From Eledone cirrhosa (Eukaryota): 64,000 nt of DNA. Both the position numbers and the translations under genes were made by a program. Numbering within the stretch: position 1 is the stretch's first letter; each line of letters begins with the position of its first letter. Under the pieces are notes generated by a model. It saw nothing but the letters and a program-made list of their open reading frames with translations. It had not been told where the DNA came from and ran no database searches. Where the stretch lies: contig OZ024740.1 in assembly GCA_964016885.1 (NCBI GenBank), positions 379,254,001 to 379,318,000 on the forward strand, given 5' to 3'. Positions 43,020 to 57,446 of this stretch are shown here, piece after piece.

Positions 43020-44332
43020 CGATATATATATATATATATATATATGTGAGTATAGACATAGAATATTCGAAAATATTCTGTATGTTTATAATAAACATTT
43101 TGAAGACCTAATCGCTATAGAATAGAATACGTCACGTATTACAATTAGATTCTCGATAAAAGCAAGGGAAGTAATCTACGCGTTTCATTCTTGTTAGAAT
43201 TCATCAGGACTACATATCCAGTGCTTTTATCGAGAATGACACAGCTAGAGACTTATAGAATACTTAGCTGTGTACTGGAACTGGTTTGAAAGAGCGGTTG
43301 CCGGTCCGGCAGAAATTAGAAATTGGAATAAATGCTCTGAAATAGCGATATATATGTGAGTATAGACATAGAATATTCGAAAATATTCTGTATGTTTATA
43401 ATAAACATTTTGAAGACCTAATCGCTATAGAATAGAATACGTCACGTATTACAATTAGATTCTCGATAAAAGCAAGGGAAGTAATCTACGCGTTTCATTC
43501 TTGTTAGAATTCATCAGGACTACATATCCAGTGCTTTTATCGAGAATGACACAGCTAGAGACTTATAGAATACTTAGCTGTGTACTGGAACTGGTTTGAA
43601 AGAGCGGTTGCCGGTCCGGCAGAAATTAGAAATTGGAATAAATGCTCTGAAATAGCGATATATATGTGAGTATAGACATAGAATATTCGAAAATATTCTG
43701 TATGTTTATAATAAACATTTTGAAGACCTAATCGCTATAGAATAGAATACGTCACGTATTACAATTAGATTCTCGATAAAAGCAAGGGAAGTAATCTACG
43801 CGTTTCATTCTTGTTAGAATTCATCAGGACTACATATCCAGTGCTTTTATCGAGAATGACACAGCTAGAGACTTATAGAATACTTAGCTGTGTACTGGAA
43901 CTGGTTTGAAAGAGCGGTTGCCGGTCCGGCAGAAATTAGAAATTGGAATAAATGCTCTGAAATAGCGATATATATGTGAGTATAGACATAGAATATTCGA
44001 AAATATTCTGTATGTTTATAATAAACATTTTGAAGACCTAATCGCTATAGAATAGAATACGTCACGTATTACAATTAGATTCTCGATAAAAGCAAGGGAA
44101 GTAATCTACGCGTTTCATTCTTGTTAGAATTCATCAGGACTACATATCCAGTGCTTTTATCGAGAATGACACAGCTAGAGACTTATAGAATACTTAGCTG
44201 TGTACTGGAACTGGTTTGAAAGAGCGGTTGCCGGTCCGGCAGAAATTAGAAATTGGAATAAATGCTCTGAAATAGCGATATATATGTGAGTATAGACATA
44301 GAATATTCGAAAATATTCTGTATGTTTATAAT
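43020..44332 (-). repeat. Left arm of 310-bp hammerhead tandem array (4 full units + partial; ribozyme-sense on minus)
   Basis: GTGAGTATAGAC recurs at 43046, 43356, 43666, 43976, 44286. Hammerhead cores at 43171-43213, 43481-43523, 43791-43833, 44101-44143. Confidence 0.95.
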
Positions 44333-44339
44333 GTATGTT

Positions 44340-46242
44340 TATGTCTATACTCACATATATATCGCTATTTCAGAGCATTTATTCCAATTTCTAATTTCTG
44401 CCGGACCGGCAACCGCTCTTTCAAACCAGTTCCAGTACACAGCTAAGTATTCTATAAGTCTCTAGCTGTGTCATTCTCGATAAAAGCACTGGATATGTAG
44501 TCCTGATGAATTCTAACAAGAATGAAACGCGTAGATTACTTCCCTTGCTTTTATCGAGAATCTAATTGTAATACGTGACGTATTCTATTCTATAGCGATT
44601 AGGTCTTCAAAATGTTTATTATAAACATACAGAATATTTTCGAATATTCTATGTCTATACTCACATATATATCGCTATTTCAGAGCATTTATTCCAATTT
44701 CTAATTTCTGCCGGACCGGCAACCGCTCTTTCAAACCAGTTCCAGTACACAGCTAAGTATTCTATAAGTCTCTAGCTGTGTCATTCTCGATAAAAGCACT
44801 GGATATGTAGTCCTGATGAATTCTAACAAGAATGAAACGCGTAGATTACTTCCCTTGCTTTTATCGAGAATCTAATTGTAATACGTGACGTATTCTATTC
44901 TATAGCGATTAGGTCTTCAAAATGTTTATTATAAACATACAGAATATTTTCGAATATTCTATGTCTATACTCACATATATATCGCTATTTCAGAGCATTT
45001 ATTCCAATTTCTAATTTCTGCCGGACCGGCAACCGCTCTTTCAAACCAGTTCCAGTACACAGCTAAGTATTCTATAAGTCTCTAGCTGTGTCATTCTCGA
45101 TAAAAGCACTGGATATGTAGTCCTGATGAATTCTAACAAGAATGAAACGCGTAGATTACTTCCCTTGCTTTTATCGAGAATCTAATTGTAATACGTGACG
45201 TATTCTATTCTATAGCGATTAGGTCTTCAAAATGTTTATTATAAACATACAGAATATTTTCGAATATTCTATGTCTATACTCACATATATATCGCTATTT
45301 CAGAGCATTTATTCCAATTTCTAATTTCTGCCGGACCGGCAACCGCTCTTTCAAACCAGTTCCAGTACACAGCTAAGTATTCTATAAGTCTCTAGCTGTG
45401 TCATTCTCGATAAAAGCACTGGATATGTAGTCCTGATGAATTCTAACAAGAATGAAACGCGTAGATTACTTCCCTTGCTTTTATCGAGAATCTAATTGTA
45501 ATACGTGACGTATTCTATTCTATAGCGATTAGGTCTTCAAAATGTTTATTATAAACATACAGAATATTTTCGAATATTCTATGTCTATACTCACATATAT
45601 ATCGCTATTTCAGAGCATTTATTCCAATTTCTAATTTCTGCCGGACCGGCAACCGCTCTTTCAAACCAGTTCCAGTACACAGCTAAGTATTCTATAAGTC
45701 TCTAGCTGTGTCATTCTCGATAAAAGCACTGGATATGTAGTCCTGATGAATTCTAACAAGAATGAAACGCGTAGATTACTTCCCTTGCTTTTATCGAGAA
45801 TCTAATTGTAATACGTGACGTATTCTATTCTATAGCGATTAGGTCTTCAAAATGTTTATTATAAACATACAGAATATTTTCGAATATTCTATGTCTATAC
45901 TCACATATATATCGCTATTTCAGAGCATTTATTCCAATTTCTAATTTCTGCCGGACCGGCAACCGCTCTTTCAAACCAGTTCCAGTACACAGCTAAGTAT
46001 TCTATAAGTCTCTAGCTGTGTCATTCTCGATAAAAGCACTGGATATGTAGTCCTGATGAATTCTAACAAGAATGAAACGCGTAGATTACTTCCCTTGCTT
46101 TTATCGAGAATCTAATTGTAATACGTGACGTATTCTATTCTATAGCGATTAGGTCTTCAAAATGTTTATTATAAACATACAGAATATTTTCGAATATTCT
46201 ATGTCTATACTCACATATATATCGCTATTTCAGAGCATTTAT

Positions 46243-46243
<1 letters not shown>
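44340..46243 (+). repeat. Right arm of 310-bp hammerhead tandem array (6 full units + partial; ribozyme-sense on plus)
   Basis: ATGTCTATACTCAC recurs at 44341, 44651, 44961, 45271, 45581, 45891, 46201; reverse complement of the left arm. Confidence 0.95.
44473..44561 (+). ncRNA. Type I hammerhead ribozyme of the array unit (representative; repeats every 310 bp)
   Basis: gtagtc-CTGATGA-attc(taacaa)gaat-GAAA-cgcg-TA-gattac, core 44497-44539, predicted GUA cut after 44533. Stem I extends through an internal loop into a perfect 16-bp helix (44473-44488 / 44546-44561). Confidence 0.9.
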
Positions 46244-46314
<71 letters not shown>

Positions 46315-46328
46315 AGAGAGAGAGAAAT

Positions 46329-46379
46329 GGCTTCTACAGGACTAGAACTATTTCATTCGGGAGAAATCATCAGGAAGCC
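46329..46379 (-). ncRNA. Hammerhead ribozyme, PLE pLTR fragment with short fold-back (46379-46399)
   Basis: ggcttc-CTGATGA-t.ttc(tccc)gaa.t-GAAA-tag(ttctagtc)ctg-TA-gaagcc. Confidence 0.75.
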
Positions 46380-46420
46380 CTGATGATTTCTCCCGAATGG
46401 ATGTGTTTCACCTTGCATAT

Positions 46421-46501
<81 letters not shown>

Positions 46502-47302
46502 ATCTTATGTGCATATTATATCTATTTGTATTCATTGTGCAAAATTGCAAACAAATTCCTTCATTAAGACAATACTGGGAAAATACTTAATAGAATTAAT
46601 CAACGTTAATAATCGCATAACTTGGAATTCAACTGCTGCTAAGCTACATCATATTTCAACTTAATCATCTGGTTTGATTTAATTATATTTCCTGATCGCG
46701 AAAATATAATAGAAATATAACGGAAGGAAGAGTAAATGATCATCAACGGAAGAATTATTCAACCTGGAAACATCAAGGTTAATTAATCGTAAATCTTCAA
46801 GATATGATTGCCTTCATGCTTATGCATAATCTCTGGCATAAGTACGTGAATATATATATACATGTATTATTTTTCTTGTACGCTACTCATTTTAATGGGT
46901 TGGGCTTTTAGAGAGTGAGACAGAGGGAGAGAGAGAGAGAAATAGAGAGGGGTGCATGTGTAATGTAAGATAGGATGTGAGTGTGTGTGTGTTGTTTTGG
47001 CAGTGATATATGGTATTAAATGTAGGTAACATTGATGTGATGGTAATTTACTTGATCCAATGTTACTTCACCTGGTTTCAAAGGCACACGAAATACTATT
47101 AGAGCTTTGTTTCCCATATAGCATTTGTATGTTGCATGTGTGTACCCTTTACATGTATCAGATACTAAAGCAATAGCTAAAGCACTGTTTATTTACGCTA
47201 TGCAATCTTCCATTAAGCATATTGATATCTACTTCATGATATCTTGGGCTGCTTTTCGTAATGTAGTATTTATATTTACATATGTGTTATGTGTGTGAGA
47301 GC

Positions 47303-47469
<167 letters not shown>

Positions 47470-47803
47470 TGTGTATGTGTGTGCGTGTGTATATATACAT
47501 ACACATTCTGACCAAATAAAGGTTGAAATTAAAAAGGTGAAGGTGAAAATGCACTGATGTATATTTATTTTTGCTTTAATCCGACAGAATGAATGATCTT
47601 ATAATTGTTGTATTAAATATAACCAATTTCGATTGGGATAAAAATCTTATCAAGTATTAGATATTAAATATTGAACATTTAAAAAAATGTTTATAAAAAT
47701 ATCTTGATTTCATACCAACCCGAGCGCTACTTAGGTATATATATCCAATTAGGTATATATACCCATCAAATACATGTTTCTTGTGGTTGATTAGATCATA
47801 TAG

Positions 47804-47852
47804 GCGTCTTCTGGCGAGGTTCCAATAAGATCCGAATATCGATTAAAGATGT
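47804..47852 (+). ncRNA. Degenerate hammerhead
   Basis: gcgtctt-CTGGCGA-stem II-GAAT-atcgat-TA-aagatgt; two core mutations. Confidence 0.5.
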
Positions 47853-48058
47853 TTCTCATTTTTTTTCTTTAATTTGAATGGAAGATTTTTTATTTTTTGG
47901 CATGTTTACATGCCTACAAATTAGATATGTGTATTTATACACGTTGGTGCAGTCTCGGTTACACACTTTGGATTTATAGAGATATAATTTTATCATACAC
48001 TTCCGCTGCTAACGCACTTCTCACTATATATATATATATATTATATATATACATATAT

Positions 48059-48104
<46 letters not shown>

Positions 48105-48108
<4 letters not shown>

Positions 48109-50625
48109 TACACAAGTATCAAAGTTATGTTCAAATCATGTAATCGGTGACATTTGTTTCTTCCAAACTTTAGTTTGGGGTCATCGGAGCATTATCAATG
48201 TTTGTACATATAATTAACCTCCTATTCAACTGAAGAATAATACAGATACATATATATTGATGTTGTGAACAACAGTTTAGTATATATAGGGTGTAATGGA
48301 TGCGACATATATTATACGAGAATTGTACAATAATTCAAATTAAGATTAAAATTAAAATTAAAATTAAAAGCACAGAGTGGAATACATGCCACAGATAATA
48401 CAATAGAATATTTTAATAATTAAAGAGGCGTTGAGAAAGAAGTACATATTCAAGAGTGTAGAGATTGTACATGCGTTAGTCATATACATGGGAAGGAAAC
48501 AAGCAAATGTATTAGGCATATATGAGTACTGTATGGCAAGGTATTACATAAAATACAAGCACTTTAAGCGAATATGTTAGTGTATTATGGAGGATGTAAA
48601 GCGATGATATTTTCTGTATAGTTCAAATTTTTATGTGTGTAGAATATGAAAGTTACTGATTTCCCATCCATTACATATGTTAAGTTATATTTTAGTTAAT
48701 GTTTGTATTGAATGTTTTTAGTTAGTTATAGTAATGGATTGTAACTTGGTCCTATTGTATTCATATTCATGGATTAGAGTTGTTCTACAGCGAGATTTTT
48801 TAACGGTTTAATATCCGGAAGTGGATATGGAATTAAGGGGAGCTAATGCGTAAGGGGAGGTAACTAGCTCAATATAATATTTAAATTCTTTGCTCTGATA
48901 TACATTATATAGTGTCACAATTGAATCCCTTATACAAAATGTTATATATTTATATTTAATTATAAATACAGTCTACTCTCTCATAATATATTAAAGGTTT
49001 CATTAGATTGTTATCTACTCAATATTAGGCAAGATATGGAATAATGTATAGCTGTTTACATGTTAAATTAGATAAATCCCTTATGTTAATAAATTAATCC
49101 TTTATATACAATGTTATTAATTTATACATTTAATTATAAATGTATATATAATTCATTGTCACATATTACATTTAATGACTATACATATTATATTATATTT
49201 CAATTACTGTATATATTATAAGTACTCTAAAGTATTTATATTATAAGGTGGTGACTAGATGTTTATTTCTAGAGTATAATGTTAGAGATAAATAGGATTT
49301 GTGTAAAGGAAAGAGCAGATCAAAGAGTGTGATGCTGTGGGGAAGAAAAGTCTTAGAGGTAAATGAATTCAAATGGTGATGAATTCAAATCTGACATTGT
49401 TATATACTAGCGGCTAGGTTTAAAGCTATGGAATGAGTGTCGGTAGTGGTGGTGGCACGAGGAAAATATCTTTTTATTTTCTTTTTATTTAGGAGGTTTA
49501 GTTTCGAAAAGATTATAGTATGGGTCTCTAGAAGACAGAGGTTACAAAATTTATTCGGTGGTTTATACGATGTAGCCCTACCAACTACTTCCCATTGAAG
49601 TGTATATGTTCTATTCCTAGTTTTCAGAGAGTGTATGTAGCTAGATAGTGAAGTGGAGTTGGCTAGATTGTGTTTTTTGAAAGAGTGGAGGTGCGAGTTG
49701 TATCTCGTCTTGAAGCAGTTCGAAGTAGAGCCAATATATGTTTTAGAAGAGTTGTTTGTGTTGACCCTGCAGGAGTAAATGATGTCTTTGTTTAAGCAAT
49801 TATTACCTAATGGGCAAGTTCTATTTGATCTACAGTTACATTTATTCTGGATGTTATCTTGCCGGTTATTATGTTGTGTAGAAGTCTGGTTGCTATGGAG
49901 AGCATTAGGGTAATGTCGTTCCTATTGTTATCGATTTCATTAGTGTTATTACTATTATTACTATTGCTACTAGGGTTTGTAGTTATTATGTTGTTCTGTA
50001 ACTTTACCTCCTGCTGTGTTTTAATTAGTTGGAAATAATTATTAATCTTCCTTTTATTACTTCTAGCTATATGGTTTGCTATGTTAGGTGTGATAGAGTA
50101 AGATATTTTAATGGTGTTTTTATTTATAAGATTATGGTATTTGTGGCCAGATGGGAAGTTGTTTTTCTAGGATTGAGAAGAAAGCCTTAGGTAAATTGGT
50201 AGAGACGTTTAAATTGAAAGGGGGATTGAAGAATGTATTAGTTCTTCAATTTTTGTTTTTTTATAATATCTATTGATGTATTTCTGTTTATAATATTATT
50301 GTGGTGTTTACTTTGGTGCGAGTTAACTTTGATATTACCCTTCGTATTAGAGTAAGAGCGGCTAGTACTCTTATTATTTTTCCTCATGGCCATATTGTGA
50401 GAAATAATGCTGTAACTATGTGATTTTATAGGTAGAAATTCAATCCCATTTTTATGGCCTGATTTAGCTAATGCCTGATTATAGTATTGGGAATTATTGT
50501 TAAATATGGTTTCGTTATGTGAGAGATTCTATTAGATATTCCTTTAGTGATTGAGTTTAATATGGATTTAGGGTGGTTAGACTTGGTATCCACATAAATT
50601 AGTTTTTCGTTAGGTTTATGGAAGG
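48105..50625 (-). mobile_element. Naiad-type PLE, decayed paralog of 2655-5905, 5'-truncated
   Basis: Minus strand PFHKPNEKLIYVDTKSNHP (50625), FFNPPFNLNVSTN, CNCRSNRTCPLGNNCL (~49795-49840), YIGSTSNCFKTRY, FCNLCLLE. Hammerhead tgct-CCGATGA..ccaaact/agtttgg..GAAA at 48142-48193. (TA)n on both sides. Confidence 0.85.
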
Positions 50626-50950
<325 letters not shown>

Positions 50951-50987
50951 CTGCTTCCTATATATATTCATATCTATATATCTATAT

Positions 50988-51149
<162 letters not shown>

Positions 51150-51519
51150 CAGAGAGAGGGGGAGGGAGAGAAATTTTAGAAATGAAAATAACCAACGGTA
51201 CAATGAAATATATCTGAAAAATGATAAGAATTATTTGTTATTTTTTAATTATAAAATTGTAAAATCATTAAAAAAAAATAATTTTTATAATTTCGTATAT
51301 ATATATATATATATATATGTTTGTATGTATTTATCATTGTTGTTATTATATGTATGCTCACTGACTTCGGTCGTTTTTCTTGTCACCCTTTTTAACTGTT
51401 GTGTTTACTCTGGACGGTAATGTATTAACATATCGCTCTATTGAGTGCTTTGTGATTGCCTCAAGCAACTCGATTAGTACTTGCTATATGGCAGCTACAA
51501 CTTCAATTCATACCTAATA

Positions 51520-51584
<65 letters not shown>

Positions 51585-51617
51585 CGCGTGTTTGTGTGGC
51601 CGCACACGTATGAGTAA

Positions 51618-51800
51618 TTATTGTTTCTACTTTTGGCACAAGGCAAGCAATTACCCTAGTGCATTACTGGTGCTTTATTTTATCGACCCCGTAAGGATGA
51701 AAGGCAAGGGTAACCTCGGCAGAAGTTGAACTCAGAACGCAAATGGCCATAACTCTATGCAGCAAAGTATAGTGTCTGACGCTCTATCGATACTGCCAAT
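51618..51800 (-). mobile_element. Octopus-type SINE
   Basis: Reverse complement of 29258-29446 over most of its length. Confidence 0.75.
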
Positions 51801-52991
51801 CATGTTTTAATAATTGCTAGAATTTGTAGATCATTGTGGTAACGTTTTAAACGTGATAGTGATTGTCATGAAAAACTACTTCCGTTATTACATTGAATGT
51901 TTGTCTTAATTCGGTGACCATTACTACAGTTATTGTAGCTTCATAGTTATCGAAAATCTGTTGCAAACACACTGGAGTTACAAATCACTTTAAGGTTTTT
52001 TTCCTGAGAACTCTGAAGCATAGTTATACACATAAAGAATCTATCTCATCTTGGAGTTTTCTTGTTAGACTTCCCTACCGTAACATATATTGTCAGGGCA
52101 TTTTAGATTCAGATGCTATATACTCTGTTATGTCTTTTCTATTCCTCCATTCTCTTCCTTTTAAATATCAACAACCTACTCGCTGTTACTTCAAAATAAG
52201 AAAGAAAAAACACACATACACTGCTGTGAAGATGATACGTCCTTTCAGAAGTCTGTAACCTTTCACATGCAGACATCATCTCCATTCTATCGGGAAATTC
52301 ATGGTAGATATGTAATGTTTCAGTGAACAAAAAAAAAAGGCTTGAAAGCGTTCACCAGTAGGAATAATGCAGCCTAGACGCCTTCAACAGCGCCAAGTAG
52401 GAATATATACACATATGTAGAAAAATATTTGCAACACTACATCTTCTTTAATTATATACCACACCACTGAAAGCTTTACAAATGTTCTGCCACAAAATTT
52501 CTGATTATATTTTAGATCACAGCATATCTATAACTTAGCAAAAACTAAATCCTAAATGCTAGTGTTCCTCTTCATGGTTAGATATGTCTTCAGCTCAGAA
52601 TGTTATACACTCCATAATATAATCCTCTACAAGTCACAAATGGATGCTTCCATCAATTAGAGTACTGTCCCAGACGTGCCAACCTCTAAAAATCCAAACA
52701 GGGAGTACCATGAAAAAAGTGTCTCAAAACAGGGAGAAATGAGGCAAAATGTGAAAATTTTACATAATGGAGCTATACCAATTTTCACAAAAGAAAACAT
52801 CTCTCACCCAGCCCAAAGTGGGTGGGAGATCTCCCCATCGGACTGAGAGAATTGACAGGTCTATGACCACATATCTAAGACGGCACGACTGCAATCCAGA
52901 CAACACCATAAAATAGTTTACAGTCAGATTGTTATATTTTGTAACCATCTACAAGTTACAATTACCAGTCAACTAACATACTGTATTTTAC

Positions 52992-53229
52992 CTCCGTTGC
53001 TTCTACTACCATTACAGCGGTTCTTGCTATTCGAAACAGACTCATCTATTTTCTCCTCTAAAGTAAAAATACATGAACTTCTTTCCCAGTCCCTTCTGCA
53101 AACGTTAAACATGGGTATTAATTGCGTTGATCTCACCAATGTGAGGGAATGTGCAAAGACTATGTGCATTACTATTTCTTTTGCTTCAATAATAGATACG
53201 CCTACCGTGATTGTGATAAACACTTTTCA
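52992..53229 (-). other. Possible exon (TTTTTCAG acceptor, GAG|GTAAAA donor, open frame)
   Basis: Splice-like ends and ORF 52969-53223; no recognisable homology. Confidence 0.2.
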
Positions 53230-54617
53230 CTGAAAAACATTAATTTAATTTATAATGTTTCATCTTATTTCCAAATAATGTTACCAATATTTGCCTACGT
53301 GACGATAATGTTTTTGTTTGAGACACGAATCTGTAACAGGGGATGAATGTGTCAATTTCAATGTTTAAATAATACAAGGTATTTTAGTTTTCCGTATTAG
53401 AAAATATGGAATATTCAGGGTGACAAAGCATTACACACTTTACCATAATATCTTTCTATTATCGTCTCTCATATAAACGGTTTTTATTTTCTTGTAGAGA
53501 GTGGTGCGTTGCTTTTGCACCACTCTGTATATTATTCTGTCAATGTACGTTGACAGGACAAGAACTAACGAACTGGAGAGAACTGTGTAATATGCGAGAA
53601 TCTTAGTATGGAGGATGAATTGTCCCATCCAGTACAACCTGAAGCATTCTCGGCAAGGTGTTCTCTTTCAGCAAGGTGTCGCTCTAAGTGCTCAACTGTC
53701 GTCTCTATCTCGTTGTATCTGTCTAGGTGGGACGTGATGCATCTAAAACTGCTCCAGGGGTAATTACCTTTCCTACCAATGTTGCTAATGTCTTATAGCT
53801 AGCGAAATGTGTACACCTATGTATGTGCGTATATGTGTATGGGAGTATGTATGTATGTGTGTGTATGTGTGTATGTATGTATGTATAAAATGTATGTTTG
53901 TATGTATGTATAATATATATGTATATGTATATAATATGTATGTATGTATTATCCATGTATATATATATATATGAATGTTCTGGATACGATTCTGTTCATT
54001 CCAATTACGTATTGGTTTCATTAATTAATCATTCCTTCTATTAATGTTTGTATCCAGTAGCTTTTCTGTAAACTTAATTTAAATGTTAGAAATCAAAGAG
54101 CATATTGTAGCAGTGTGCTAATTATTGACTATGTCACTAACAGATCAAATAGATTGTTATTAAATGAAAGTGGGAACCTTTACGCTGTCACTCATCAAAG
54201 TAAAAATGGCAGCTAAATCTCGCTCAAATCACACCTATGAGAAAAAAAACATGGATGATGTACTCCTGAATATATTATGTTTCAAGAAAAATATGCCGGG
54301 TATGGTCCTAATTGCAATACCTTTTAATTAAGACTGCTGTATATATAAACAACAACAACAAATTGTTATCCCTATTTTGAATAAGTAAGGAATCTAATTT
54401 TAAGGGTGCATTGTTTGTTGGATATTAGAGTGAAATACAAATTACGAAAGAAAATATCAGATGTAGTAGAGCAGTGTTTTTAATCACCATCTTTCTATCA
54501 AAAAGTTTCTTATGTATTGTTTATGTATAGGACATTCCATGATTGCTTTGTGTTTGACGGTCCTACTGTAGCACTTTGTACTGCCTCTTCGCTTTGTTCT
54601 TTTTTTTTTCTGTTTTA

Positions 54618-54726
<109 letters not shown>

Positions 54727-54815
54727 TGTAATGTATGTGTATGTATATTTAGGGTAGTTATTGATAGCGAGTAGACTGATTGGAACAATAACGGTCTTAT
54801 ACATATGTATATATA

Positions 54816-55074
54816 TAAATGTAATCTGAGTTTTTCGAATATTAATAATATTCGATTCGTTTGCAATTATGCAAACAAGCCTCAATTTTATAGCCATGTC
54901 AGTAGAATAAACCCTTCATTCTTGCTCTTGTTCTGCAGTTCTGTTCACATGCCAACACAAGAGCAAGAATGAAGGGTTCATTCTACTGACATGGCTATAA
55001 AATTGAGGCTTGTTTGCATAATTGTAAACGAATCGAATGTTATTATTAATATTAAAAAAACTCAGATTACATTT
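54816..55074. repeat. ~115-bp-arm inverted duplication inside (TA)n context
   Basis: AATGTAATCTGAG...CATTCTTGCTCTTG [~27-nt spacer] CAAGAGCAAGAATG...CTCAGATTACATT. Confidence 0.85.
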
Positions 55075-55134
55075 ATTGTATTCAGCCATTTAGAGCGAAA
55101 TTTTCTTTTATATATATATATATATATATATATT

Positions 55135-57394
55135 TGATAACATGGATCTCTATAATGCCAACTGGGATGAAATTATGAACGAACTATCACATGTTGACTG
55201 GCCTTTTACACACGCACTCATTTCCACCAACATCAAAACATCTTGGCAGATCTTTGTAGACACTGTCACAAATATATGTGCAAAACACACCCCAGCAAAA
55301 CCTGTGAACAAAACTAAGTGACGTATCCCCCAAAACAGAAAAAAACTATTATCAGAAAGATAAAAAGAACAAACAAAAAAATGAACACACTAAAATACTG
55401 CCAACAGCAACACACATATTCGATGGCTATCACCCTGCTTGAATCAAATACATATAATCTTCAACAATGCATGAAGACCATCATTAATAACCAAAGAACA
55501 GTTGAAGAGAGGTGAGCCATTGAGATAATCAAACTCAACCCCAAAGTGTTCTTCTCATTTGCGAAAAAGCACAATGTCACTGTCTCCACTGTTGATGAAA
55601 ATGGCACGCTCCAAGATAATGCCAAAACCATGGGTGAGATACTGCAGAAACAATACGGCTCTGTTTACAGCAATCCTGATATGGCCGATCTGGGCTGTAT
55701 CAGTGATGTTAATCCCCAACACACTATATTTTGGTGCCCCTGATGCAATAAACGAGATTAAAAACAATTCAGCAGTAGGCCCCGACAGGTTCCCTGCTCG
55801 TCTCCTGAAGATATATCAACACCAACTTACATCTCTTGCTAATCTGTGGAGGAACTCACTGGATACTGGCTATATTCCTGAAAACTTTCTGTCCCAGTGC
55901 GTTGTCCCAGTCTTCAAAAAGGGAAATAAGTCTCTTGCAGTGAACTCCCATCCGATTTCACTTAGCTCTCATACGTATCATCAAGGTATTTGAGAAGGTG
56001 GTGTGATCACGAATAACCCACTTTCTCGAAAGCAAAAGCCTGCTGAACTCAAACCAACATGGGTTCCGTAATGGAAGGGACTGCCTAACGCAACTCCTGC
56101 ATCACTTTGACTATGTTTTGAGAGCCTTGGGAGAGGGCTCCAACACTAATGCCATTTACCTTGATTTCAGCAAGGTCTTTGACAGGGTTGATCATAAGAT
56201 TCTACTGAAAAAACATAACCAATATTGGTGTCTCTGGAAGGCTACTACGGTGGATCAAATGTTTCCTGAAAGACAGAACCCAACGTGTTGTAGTCGAAGG
56301 AGTAAAATCGAGCCCAGCCAAAGTCAGCAGTGGCGTCCCACAAGGCACTGTGTTGGTCCCACTTCTTTTCATCATCTATATTATTGAAATTACTGACATC
56401 ATCAAGCACAGCAACATAAGAATCTTCGCAGATGATTCCACGCTCTAAAGGGTCATCAATGAGGTGGGTGACCGGACTTGCCATCAGTGAGCCCTACTGG
56501 CTGTTATCCAATGGGCAGAAAAGAATAATATGCTGTTGAATGAGGATAAGTTTGAGTTAATCCACTTAGGAAAAAAGGATGCCCTGAAACTACCACAGTC
56601 TCTTCAGGTGAAACTCTCGTGGCATCCAACAACATCAGAGATCTGGGAGTAATTGTGTACAACAACATAAGCTGGGCCACTCATATGAACAGCAAAGTTG
56701 ACATGACCCGCATAATGTGTTCCTGGATTCTCAGAACCTTCCAGTCGAGAGATATCCACGCTGTTATCCTACTCTTCTCCACTTTTGCCCGACCCCACCT
56801 TGAAAACTGTTGTCCACTGTGGTCTCCCCACACGAAACAAAGTATTATAAAAGTTGAAGCACCCCAAAGATCAATTACAAAAAAGATAGATGGCATGACA
56901 GGCCTTGACTATTGGAGTCGATTAGAAAAGCTCAACCTTTATTCTCCCCAACGTCCCCGTGAGCGCTATATTATCTGCATGATGTGGAAAATATTCCATC
57001 AGCTTTGCCCAAATGATATTGGCATCACCATTAATGTACACCCAAGGCTTGGGCCCCGTGCTAGCCGCCCACGACAGAAATCTCACTCGCATCTCATAAC
57101 AACAATACGGCACAATTATTTCACCTCAATTGGCTATGCTCCCTTTAACATTACACCAAAACACATTAAAACAGAAACAGACCCCATCAAGTCCAAGAAA
57201 TCTTTGGACAAATTCCTTTAAGAAATCCTGGATAAGCCTCCTACACCCGGATATGCCTCCATAAACAATAACTCTCTACTTGAGTGGGCCATGGTGCTCA
57301 AATCTTGATTTGAAAGACTTCGCCAGGTGATGCTATTAAGTTAGACATGGCCTGGGCCAATACTGGCCGAAACCTATCAAAGTTATCAAAGTTA
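55135..57394 (+). mobile_element. CR1/L2-group LINE, 5'-truncated, degraded RT
   Basis: GPDRFPARLLK, PVFKKG, QHGFR, YLDFSKVFDRVDH, SGVPQGTVLGPLLF, FADD, RDLGV, RPHLE.C.PLWSP; 3' tail (TATCAAAGT)n. Confidence 0.85.
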
Positions 57395-57408
57395 TATATA
57401 TATATATA

Positions 57409-57446
<38 letters not shown>

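Noticed and set aside
43090-43165. Second, opposite-polarity hammerhead in the 310-bp unit (TTGAAGA...), which would make it viroid-like ambisense
   Set aside because: No correctly placed GAAA/stem III/UH could be fitted.
43020-46243. CRISPR array or plain satellite
   Set aside because: No variable spacers, no cas genes, eukaryotic context; the per-unit hammerhead argues against a featureless satellite.
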